A DNA stretch of 53,757 nucleotides from an uncultured Planctomycetia bacterium (lineage in GTDB: Bacteria > Omnitrophota > Gorgyraeia > Gorgyraeales > Gorgyraeaceae). The stretch lies in NCBI GenBank assembly GCA_964652265.1, contig CAZZAL010000006.1, positions 1-53,757 on the forward strand, written 5' to 3'. Shown here piece after piece: positions 29,801 to 37,422 of this stretch. Both the position numbers and the translations under genes were made by a program. The notes under the pieces were generated by a model, which worked only from the letters and a program-made list of their open reading frames with translations, ran no database searches and was not told where the DNA came from. Each line of letters starts with the position of its first letter. The stretch's first letter is position 1.

Positions 29801-32800
29801 TTCTACTCTTATAAGATCTCCAACCTCATCGGCCCTCGCTATCATTGCATCCACAAACCCTAGCACAGAGCCTTTGAGTTTTGCATAATCTCCGCTATCC
29901 CTTCCTTTTTCGGCTTTCTGCATCTTTTCACGATACCTTAGAACTACCTCTTCAGTAGATTTCTTGTTGGCATATTCTATTTTCCCGGTAACTAAGGCAA
30001 TATTATGGTTTTCCAACCAATCCAAAACAACTCCCCCTATAGAATCATATCTATCTTCTAAGTCTTCTGAATCCAGAGCTTCTCCTTCCTTAACAGGTGT
30101 CTCAAAAGAACAAGCAAAAGTCGGATCATTTGAAGATGCCCTAAAGATAAACCTACCTGCAAATTTTCCGTCAAGCTCAAATATTATATCAGCAAATCTA
30201 TAAAATCCACCTTCATCTGCTGCGTCTTTATAAGTCTTGAATTCTCTTATATCGAGCTTACCAACAGGCGTATTATAAGATTTCCCTACTCTAAATTCTT
30301 TTTGCAGTCTCTTTATAGCTTCGTCTTTGCCAAGCGCAATTATTGCCTGTGGAGGTTTCTCCTGGTTATTTGCATCATATACCCAATCTGTGTCATTAGC
30401 TCTATGCGATGAAAGCTCTGACAAAAATGCTCCAGCAAACAACGGCTGAAACCTGGTAGATTGTTTATATGGTATAGTGTTTTCTCTAAATACTTCCAAG
30501 AAAGGATTCAGAGAACCAGTTTTGAAATTTTTGTATTTCTGGTTCTTTACCATTGCCGCAAACACAGCTGCAACAGCTATTGGATTCTCAAATTCTCCTG
30601 TGACATCTTGCCAAGTATGCCCTGAGCGCTCGCCGTAAACAGGTATTACATATCCTTCTTTTAACAAAGATGCTCTCTTCGCCTTCAAAAAAACATACCC
30701 TGCATCAGTTTGAAACGAATCTATGCCCAATCTTTTTGATTGATCGTTCACGCCAAATGTTCCTAATACATCGCGTATAACACCGACTTTTTTACCAGTG
30801 GCTTTAGGATCATATCCCAATTTTTCGATATAATAAGCTAATAAAGCAACTATTAGATTATCCGGGGGGATCAAGTGGAAATTAATCTCAGCTGTAGTTT
30901 TAGATCTCTCAGGAACAATAATAGCTCCCCTGTCACCATCAAGGTCAAACGCTATTCCGAAATCAGCGTTTTCTTTTACGATTGCCTCTTTTACATCTAC
31001 CAAGTTCTCTTCTTTAGAAGGATCGGCAGTATGCTCGCCTTCTACTTCCTGTATATCACCATTTATTAAAATTGCATCTGCCCCTAGCTGTTTAAATGTA
31101 TCGGCTGCCAATTTTCCACTTGGGGTATGAGACCCTTCTACAATCACCTTCATGCCTTTTAAAGGATTGGTCTGTCCAAATCTATTTTCCCATTTCGTCA
31201 GGGTCTTAACAGGAGAATCGCTGTCCTCCATTTCTCTTGCTAAATCATAAAGAGAACCGCCCTGAGATGCAATTTCGCCTATAAGAGAACACATCTTCAT
31301 GCAGTTCTCGTCAACATTTGTAGGCGTAAAATTGCCTTTCTTTTCGTTTTCCATATCCTTTATCTTTTCAGGATAATCTATGATATCCTCGATTATCTTT
31401 TTTGAAGTCTGTTTTATTTCTTTAGTGGGCAAACTTTCCAAATTGCCATCTTTCTTACTCAGCATGGCAACTTTAAAACCTCTAACTATCTCTTCTTTAG
31501 GTCTTGACACATGGCTAGCCGTGATAAAAATACTCATTAAAGGTTTATATTCTTGAGCAGCCCAAGAATAAGATGTTACTGCATTAGGGCCATCAGCTGA
31601 TATATATATAACATCAAAACCTTTATATCTCAATGCTGCAACTAATGCTTCTATTAATTCCGGCTCTATCTTTCTAGCATCTCTTGCAAGCAAAACCTTG
31701 CGGTTTTCTATGCCTGCCTTTTTTGCCTTTTCCAATGCCATAGTAGCCCAGGTCAGACCAAAGCGAAATACAGTTTCAGGTTTCAAGGCAAAGCCAACAG
31801 ACCGATAGTCATAATCTCGAAACATATCAATATTAAGGTCGCTCGTTGAAACCGACAGGGAAGCCCACTTGCTCCATTGAGCGTATACATATAATTTTTC
31901 GAATAAAAGACTGGCGAAAACAGGATTTTCTTTTTCGACTATTACGCCTTTACCCAGTTCACGCATCCCATCATCCCGGGAAAAATATAAACCAACCAAT
32001 TCTTTTTCTTCAAACATCTCATTGATAATACTGGCGAATTTAATTCCTTCTTCTTTCGTGATATTTATATATCGCGGATTGATATAGATAGATTGCTCCA
32101 TTCTAGAGAAAACTCCTAGTAAAAACAGGACATCCACAGCACCTATCCTTCTCTTTGTTCCGCTCTTCTTTAATTCTGCGACCAGATTATCCATAATCTC
32201 AGGTATATCATTGATCCTACTGGCAAGCTTAATTACTTCTTCTTCTGTCATATTCATATAATGCGGCTTGAGATAGGTGTCAAAGTCCCTTCTACCAAAA
32301 ACCCCGTGCAAAACTAGGATATTATCAACGCCTATCTCTCTATTTTTTTCGATTTTATTTAATTCATCGACCAGTATACGCATAATATCTTTCTCGTTCA
32401 ATCTCTGATTACTGGTTAAGCCTTTTTTTAAATTAGACTCTATAAAGGCTAATTCCTTATTAAGCTCATCCGATACACTTACCCCTTTTGAGGTAATCCT
32501 AACATAGTAGCTCTCTTGTAAACGCCCATCTCCTGGTTCTTTAGGAAAATACCTAGGGCTAAACTTTACTATGACTTCATTTACTTCTTCCGGCGTAGTT
32601 ACTACCGTAGCGTCCACTATGGTTTCTTTCCATTTTTCTGCGCCTTTTTGGAGCGCCAAAACAGGTCCTATCCTTTCCCAGATAGATGAATAAGTCAGCT
32701 CTTCTTCATTCATACCCCATATCTTAGCAATTTGAGGAACTACATCTTTGTCCCATGCTGCCTTCAAATCTTCATCAAAACCCAGTGTTATCCTTAAGCC

Positions 32801-34543
32801 TGAAGTAAGCCTGTTTATTATCTCAGGCAGGTCAAGCTGTTCCATAAGCTGGGTAATAGGCTTTCGTCTACCTGAAAGGAGAAAATGATAATTTTCCTCA
32901 TCTATGTCTGTGGATGAATACGGTGAGACTACGATATAAGAATAGCCTTTTTCGCGCAGAAGCCTGGTTATGCCCTTAGTATGGAAGCCTCCTGCGATCA
33001 ATGTAGCTACCTTTACATTGCGCTTCTCTATCTCAGAGACAGAATTCTTTACCATCGCAACATCACGGGCCTTTACAGTCTTATAGAAATCTTCAAGTCC
33101 CTGTAAGTGAGCATCTATCAAGGCTGGATTATAATCAATAAATGTAGATATTTTATATTTTTTCAGTGTTGGCTTTAAAAATGATTCAAAAAAGCCTACT
33201 TTATGAGATTCCCTGTTTTCCAGGTAATAATCAAGTTCCTCGTTTGATACCTTCAGATTAAAAAAGCCTTCCAGGAATTTTATGTTGCGGAGTGCCTTTA
33301 TAAGCGTCTTTTGTTCTTCGGTACGGGCAATACGCTGTTTTACCTCGTAAGTTAATGTTTCCATTTCAACAAATAGCTTTGTAGTATCCAAAGAGTTTAC
33401 CTTTATAAGATAATCTATGAATTCATTTAGATTCGGATATTTTGCAATCTCCTCAGGGATATACTTTAAGGCTAGGTCTTTCAGGTAGCTGTAGAATGAA
33501 AAAGGCGATATCTTTTGCTCTTGGAAAAGCTGGGCCTTGACTACCAGAGCATCCATTGTTTTACGGTCACTCTTGGATGAAAGAACTGCCTGGAGGTTAA
33601 GGAGAAGATTCTGCGATTCCTGCATTATCTTTACTTGATCGATATTTTTCTCCTGCGCCATCGATTCACTCAAAAGAGTGATATTTTTATAATCCGATGT
33701 TGAGATATTGAATCTCTGGATATAAGAAGAGAGGTGTATTAGGTATTCATCTGTCTCTATTTTTTCATTCTCATAATCGGATTCCTTCTGCTCTAAGCTC
33801 AACAGTTCCCTTGAGTAGATCTTTGGCATTAACTGTTCAAGGGCTGGCTTTGTCTGGGATATAAATACCTGGGACTGAGGTGAGAATTTCATTATCTTAT
33901 TAAACTCTATGATATTTTCGAAATATATATCCCTGTCCTCGATCCCCCAGATAGGAAGTTTTGGATACTTGGTAATAGAAAGGTACTCTTCACCTGTCAA
34001 CTCGCCTGAATCTATAAATAGACGGGCTGTTTTTTCTCTTGCCCTATAATTCGGAAAGCTCGATACGCTGGATGTATCCACTACGCCATCTGCGCCTTCT
34101 GAGCAGACCAGCCCGAGCTTATAGTCTTTCAGGAGAAGCTCTAGGATACTTGCAAGATTTAACTGCGCTTCTGGATTTGTGTGGAGGTCCTGTATGTGGA
34201 CTATTAACCGTGAATCATCTTTAGGCGCCTGATACACATCTGTAACTCTTCCAAGCTCTGATGGTATATGTATCTGTGAAAGGTCTCCTAAATGAGAAGA
34301 AAGTACCCTTTTTGCCTGTCTCTTATGCTGCTCTTTTTTAGCAGCATCTTCGTTCTGCAGGACAGATTTTTTATCGCGCAGACGCTTCTCGCGCTGGGTC
34401 GAAAGCTTTTTGTAATCTACTTTTTTGTTTTTGAAGAATGAGCGTGACCTTGGCGCTCCATAGGCTGTATTGGTGAGAAGAAATGTTACGATAGTTAAGA
34501 CACTTATAGCCTTACTAACCCCTTTATTAGGATAGCGATACAT
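26801..34543 (-). CDS. Signal-peptide-bearing giant multidomain protein (2580 aa): Tiki/TraB/ChaN-like N-domain, 63-aa tandem repeat, phosphoglucomutase/phosphomannomutase, wHTH-like segment, UDP-sugar pyrophosphorylase (UDPGP family), C-terminal domain
   Basis: HIQDLH/EGA/GIED/ARD/GGFH; FRDYDYR, ARDAR, ITASH, FDLDGDR, GERSGH, FRASS; MGGSATT, NGDNI, DKKGG, FNVAFY, EQAVQD, FLPYK. Confidence 0.85.
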   Translation of the reverse strand: MYRYPNKGVSKAISVLTIVTFLLTNTAYGAPRSRSFFKNKKVDYKKLSTQREKRLRDKKSVLQNEDAAKKEQHKRQAKRVLSSHLGDLSQIHIPSELGRVTDVYQAPKDDSRLIVHIQDLHTNPEAQLNLASILELLLKDYKLGLVCSEGADGVVDTSSVSSFPNYRAREKTARLFIDSGELTGEEYLSITKYPKLPIWGIEDRDIYFENIIEFNKIMKFSPQSQVFISQTKPALEQLMPKIYSRELLSLEQKESDYENEKIETDEYLIHLSSYIQRFNISTSDYKNITLLSESMAQEKNIDQVKIMQESQNLLLNLQAVLSSKSDRKTMDALVVKAQLFQEQKISPFSFYSYLKDLALKYIPEEIAKYPNLNEFIDYLIKVNSLDTTKLFVEMETLTYEVKQRIARTEEQKTLIKALRNIKFLEGFFNLKVSNEELDYYLENRESHKVGFFESFLKPTLKKYKISTFIDYNPALIDAHLQGLEDFYKTVKARDVAMVKNSVSEIEKRNVKVATLIAGGFHTKGITRLLREKGYSYIVVSPYSSTDIDEENYHFLLSGRRKPITQLMEQLDLPEIINRLTSGLRITLGFDEDLKAAWDKDVVPQIAKIWGMNEEELTYSSIWERIGPVLALQKGAEKWKETIVDATVVTTPEEVNEVIVKFSPRYFPKEPGDGRLQESYYVRITSKGVSVSDELNKELAFIESNLKKGLTSNQRLNEKDIMRILVDELNKIEKNREIGVDNILVLHGVFGRRDFDTYLKPHYMNMTEEEVIKLASRINDIPEIMDNLVAELKKSGTKRRIGAVDVLFLLGVFSRMEQSIYINPRYINITKEEGIKFASIINEMFEEKELVGLYFSRDDGMRELGKGVIVEKENPVFASLLFEKLYVYAQWSKWASLSVSTSDLNIDMFRDYDYRSVGFALKPETVFRFGLTWATMALEKAKKAGIENRKVLLARDARKIEPELIEALVAALRYKGFDVIYISADGPNAVTSYSWAAQEYKPLMSIFITASHVSRPKEEIVRGFKVAMLSKKDGNLESLPTKEIKQTSKKIIEDIIDYPEKIKDMENEKKGNFTPTNVDENCMKMCSLIGEIASQGGSLYDLAREMEDSDSPVKTLTKWENRFGQTNPLKGMKVIVEGSHTPSGKLAADTFKQLGADAILINGDIQEVEGEHTADPSKEENLVDVKEAIVKENADFGIAFDLDGDRGAIIVPERSKTTAEINFHLIPPDNLIVALLAYYIEKLGYDPKATGKKVGVIRDVLGTFGVNDQSKRLGIDSFQTDAGYVFLKAKRASLLKEGYVIPVYGERSGHTWQDVTGEFENPIAVAAVFAAMVKNQKYKNFKTGSLNPFLEVFRENTIPYKQSTRFQPLFAGAFLSELSSHRANDTDWVYDANNQEKPPQAIIALGKDEAIKRLQKEFRVGKSYNTPVGKLDIREFKTYKDAADEGGFYRFADIIFELDGKFAGRFIFRASSNDPTFACSFETPVKEGEALDSEDLEDRYDSIGGVVLDWLENHNIALVTGKIEYANKKSTEEVVLRYREKMQKAEKGRDSGDYAKLKGSVLGFVDAMIARADEVGDLIRVEDFKVDGSKTVYRPYSDGTVRQEFRDAVKLGILEELPERVKSDKTKGYVKQYKVRIALTNAQRQALPENIKEMLNRGRIKDEEIGIMREAINAVAEANKEPIKINGLEVVLGSLVGLSENIHVSNIKDGVMLKNGSGQKLKVEVKSHKGKQYAVVGNNVYLVKKGKIDLSKINPIGNDDWFNFFGLNHAEIDVEDCRVYLPVSEQDIVLFPANKILHPSLLPNKVENPLARQMLERCRDGEFFANLQSVLHYATSVAMNGIPDDYYLAQDVLNRVQDRAQEINEYRQYSVTTSNGIIASVSDYLYLSYRGVDWNKWDKKITHLKTESKKKAAGEKKRTLTLYERDIEPTRLAVPDLENWEVAKVEALEEKDLDYITEDKSNPEVLLGKQAIESGEIVSVPFMGGSATTVKREIGQHKTVHKALKVRIEKAGRVVTGWISIAQARIGLIFGQNKNSKVVVVTSVDGTKEGESDRSIRGLLDTEYKEAKDKGQINVSMQKAGLVLGPMTGEPLRFKDGHLATCAENHLWAFLSILMDKDLVMDLLENSSGILSAGNGDNILNYPRASMVGKILKARKDGESIATVAICSPSKGDKKGGFAARVTYRNKETGEEITQVEIREVSEFATRNKEKTGYAAIDMAGEESTDLYARLDKEKQFIEDIFGDRSVAFNVAFYAVDLRLFIARIFGFDETEARLMTQLRGIDSQDWVDRIIELSEKIPETVQPEKKVPNEDNTDDVKGYMTEQAVQDFIVNSMGLLAKDGIPPAVDIKLGDRKDTFLPYKGKEQSVLREDGSEVIGDDGKAKQEYDLIANIPVYKSAIKRLKEKGQLLVLGEDAHVVSVLSTTKDEVIKVNKGQTGFKAVGAAPAGFSTSLASNEQLKVYIIPADELRRNEVPFNNWLDRQNKETTRVMIIARDRAEFDKQLVNYKNKYKETGKVELQIIEKPGVDISGIEKEFILRGVVPEDLTSAIAIFGKDVLFGGFDLEKLNTDRDKALFEAITNA
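32009..32386 (-). repeat. Two tandem 189-bp (63-aa) intragenic repeats
   Basis: aa 720-782 and aa 783-845 of the 2580-aa ORF align without gaps, 30/63 identical by manual count. Confidence 0.9.
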
Positions 34544-34587
34544 CTGTGTCTCCTTTCGCTATATACTATTGGATATATCCTTTTTAA

Positions 34588-34637
34588 GTATATTTATAAA
34601 CTACTATAAATATACCATGAAAACGCTTTCCCGTCAA
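34588..34637 (-). promoter_or_regulatory. Sigma70-type promoter of the giant-gene cluster with 11-bp inverted repeat and conserved 22-nt element
   Basis: TTGACG (34637-34632), 17 nt spacer, TGg-TATATT (34614-34609); GTATATTTATA-6nt-TATAAATATAC palindrome (34588-34615); AAAGGAGA RBS before ATG 34543. Confidence 0.7.
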
Positions 34638-34661
34638 ATGATTTTTTACATTTTTTTGCAG

Positions 34662-36362
34662 TTAAACTAAGGTGGGAATCTTGTTGATTAGGTCTTGTTT
34701 TTTGACTTCTGTGATCTTACCTGTGCTTCTATCTTTTAATTCTATGATCCCTTTTTTGAGCCCTCGCTCGCCTATCACAACTGCAAAAGGTATACCTATT
34801 AATTCTGCATCATTAAACTTAACACCTGCACTTTCGTTTCTGTCATCCAACAAGACCTCTATGTCTTTATCCTGTAAATCGTTATATACTTCATCAGTTA
34901 CATTAGAAACCTCTGGTTTGTCATAGTTTATGGGTATTACAATTACTTGAAAAGGAGCAATAGCTATAGGCCAGATTATGCCTTTTTTGTCATTGTATAG
35001 CTCGATGGCAGCAGCTATGATCCTATTGACACCTATACCATAACAGCCCATAACAACACTCTTCAATTTTCCGCCTTCATCGAGAAATTCAGCCTTCATG
35101 GCCTTTGAATATTTAAGGCCTAGTTTAAACACATGGCCCATTTCTATCGCGTGCTCTATCTTTATGTCTTTATTGCACTTAGGGCAGGAGTCTACATCTA
35201 TAATCATCCTGAGATCTGCCCATTCCTTTACTTTAAAATCCCTGTCAAGATTTACATTTATAAGGTGTTTGTCTTTTTTATTTGCTCCTGTTATCAAATT
35301 GGACATACCTTTTATAGATTCATCTGCTACGATCCTTGCCTTAAGTCCTGCTGGACCTGAAAAACCAAGTGGTCCACCTGTTATTTTTTTGATAGTCTCT
35401 TCTGTTGCCATTTCTAGATGAGCACATTTTAGATATTTTTTAATCTTTGCCTCGTTTGCCTCGTGATCACCTCTGATCAAGATCGCTACAGGCTCGCCTT
35501 CAGTAACATAAATAAGCGTCTTTACCATCTCGCGCGGCTTTACCTTTAACAGCGCTCCAAGTTTTTCAATAGTTGAAACTCCAGGCGTATCCACTTCCTT
35601 TAGCAGCTTTACCTTGTCTTGGGTCTTGAGCTTTGAACCTTCTATCTTGACTTCTGCTATTCCCATGCTCGCAGCATAGCCACAAGACTGGCAATGCGCC
35701 AAGAGATCCTCTCCGCTTTCAGCAAGCACCATGAACTCGTGCGAGGTATCTCCACCCATAACACCAGAATCTGCCTCTACTGCTAAAGCCTTTAAGCCGC
35801 AGCGCTTGAAGATAGCCTCATATGCCTCATACATCTTCTTGTAACTTTTATCCAGGCCTTTAGCATCTCTATCAAAGCTGTATGCATCCTTCATTATGAA
35901 CTCACGGCTGCGTATCACTCCGAATCTGGGCCGGACCTCGTCTCTAAATTTTGTCTGGATTTGATACAATGTTATTGGAAGTTGTCGATATGAACGGATA
36001 TGATTCTTAACAAGATCTGTAATGACCTCTTCATGGGTAGGACCAAAGACCATGGTCCTATTGTGCCTGTCCTTGAATTTAATAAGGTCCTCGCCCAGGT
36101 CTTTATATCTGCCTGATTGATGCCATAATTCCACTGGCTGGAGAGACGGCAGAAAAAGCTCAAGTGCGCCCTTTTTATCCATCTCTTCGCGGATGATACC
36201 TTCGACCTTTTTCAAGACCTTTAGGCCAAGCGGCAAGTATGTGTATGCTCCTGAGGCAAGCTTCCTTATCAGTCCTGCGCGTATCATCAGGCGATGACTT
36301 ACTGCCTCTGCCTCTGAAGGTACTTCTTTTAGCGTTGGTATAAAATACTCACTCCACCTCAT
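34662..36362 (-). CDS. proS: Proline--tRNA ligase (with editing domain)
   Basis: SHRLMIRAG, GPTHEE, KFRDEVRPRFG, REFIMKDAYSF, MGCYGIG. Confidence 0.98.
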   Translation of the reverse strand: MRWSEYFIPTLKEVPSEAEAVSHRLMIRAGLIRKLASGAYTYLPLGLKVLKKVEGIIREEMDKKGALELFLPSLQPVELWHQSGRYKDLGEDLIKFKDRHNRTMVFGPTHEEVITDLVKNHIRSYRQLPITLYQIQTKFRDEVRPRFGVIRSREFIMKDAYSFDRDAKGLDKSYKKMYEAYEAIFKRCGLKALAVEADSGVMGGDTSHEFMVLAESGEDLLAHCQSCGYAASMGIAEVKIEGSKLKTQDKVKLLKEVDTPGVSTIEKLGALLKVKPREMVKTLIYVTEGEPVAILIRGDHEANEAKIKKYLKCAHLEMATEETIKKITGGPLGFSGPAGLKARIVADESIKGMSNLITGANKKDKHLINVNLDRDFKVKEWADLRMIIDVDSCPKCNKDIKIEHAIEMGHVFKLGLKYSKAMKAEFLDEGGKLKSVVMGCYGIGVNRIIAAAIELYNDKKGIIWPIAIAPFQVIVIPINYDKPEVSNVTDEVYNDLQDKDIEVLLDDRNESAGVKFNDAELIGIPFAVVIGERGLKKGIIELKDRSTGKITEVKKQDLINKIPTLV

Positions 36363-36364
36363 TC

Positions 36365-37408
36365 TTACATCTCCTTAACGTGTCTTAATATTGTCTTTAT
36401 AGCATCTCCCACTTTGACCCTTTTTACTATTCTGCCTTTTTTAAATAAAACACCGGCTCTTTTACCAAATGCTATACCTATATCTGCTTCCTTTGCTTCT
36501 CCTGGCCCATTGACCTCACAGCCCATTATCGCGACTTTAGGCCAAGAGGACCGCCTGAGGCGTAACGCATAATGCGTAATACCGCTCTCTATATCAGTCA
36601 CTATTCTTTGTAAATCCACCTGGCAGCGGCCACAAGTTGGACAAGATATTATCTCTGGGGCAAACTGCCTAAGATTCAATGCCTGTAAGATATTCTTAGC
36701 TGCGATCACTTCTTCGCGAGGATCGCCTGTCAGAGAAACCCTGATCGTATCTCCTATGCCTTCTGAAAGCAGGACGCCTATTCCGATCGATGACTTGACC
36801 AACCCTGCTGAAAGAGGTCCGGCTGCAGTAATGCCCAGATGAAGCGGATATTTTGACCTCTTGGAAAACTTTCTACAGGCCTCTATTGTTGTCAATACAT
36901 CTGATGCCTTTAATGAAACTATTATATCGTAAAATCCTGCCTTCTCCAAGACCTTTATATAATCAAGCGCAGCCCCTACCAGATGACCTGCATTAACCTT
37001 TTTTCCCTTAGTTTTTACTGATCCTGAGTTGAGGCCTATTCTTATTGGAACTCGCATCTTCTTTGCCAGTTTCGCCACTTCTATAATCTGCTCTTTTTTA
37101 TGGATATTACCCGGATTAAGGCGGATCTTATCTGCGCCGTTTTCTATTGCAACAAGGGCAAGCCTGTGATCAAAATGTATATCTGCAACAATCGGGATCC
37201 TTGTCTTTTTTTTGATCTTTTTTATGGCGCTCGCTGCCTGAAAATCTTTTACCGCAATACGCACTATCTCGCAACCCAAACGCTCCAGCTCTTTGATCTG
37301 CCTGACGGTCGCAGAAATATCCCTTGTGTCAGTCTTTGTCATCGACTGGATTCTAACCGGTGCACGGCCCCCGATCCTGACTCCTCCGACCTTAATTTGC
37401 TTTGTCAT
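36365..37408 (-). CDS. ispG: (E)-4-hydroxy-3-methylbut-2-enyl-diphosphate synthase
   Basis: IQSMT, ADIHF, RLNPGN, GDTIRVSL, SCPTCGR, MGCEVNGPGE. Confidence 0.97.
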   Translation of the reverse strand: MTKQIKVGGVRIGGRAPVRIQSMTKTDTRDISATVRQIKELERLGCEIVRIAVKDFQAASAIKKIKKKTRIPIVADIHFDHRLALVAIENGADKIRLNPGNIHKKEQIIEVAKLAKKMRVPIRIGLNSGSVKTKGKKVNAGHLVGAALDYIKVLEKAGFYDIIVSLKASDVLTTIEACRKFSKRSKYPLHLGITAAGPLSAGLVKSSIGIGVLLSEGIGDTIRVSLTGDPREEVIAAKNILQALNLRQFAPEIISCPTCGRCQVDLQRIVTDIESGITHYALRLRRSSWPKVAIMGCEVNGPGEAKEADIGIAFGKRAGVLFKKGRIVKRVKVGDAIKTILRHVKEM

Positions 37409-37422
37409 CGCTTTATACTTCC

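Noticed and set aside
20116-34543. NRPS/PKS, RTX/adhesin or autotransporter explanation for the giant ORFs
   Set aside because: No A/C/KS/ACP motifs, GGxGxD repeats or C-terminal beta-barrel signature; the recognisable domains are metabolic enzymes.
17770-34660. Prophage, ICE or transposon
   Set aside because: No integrase, transposase, phage genes or att-like repeats were seen.
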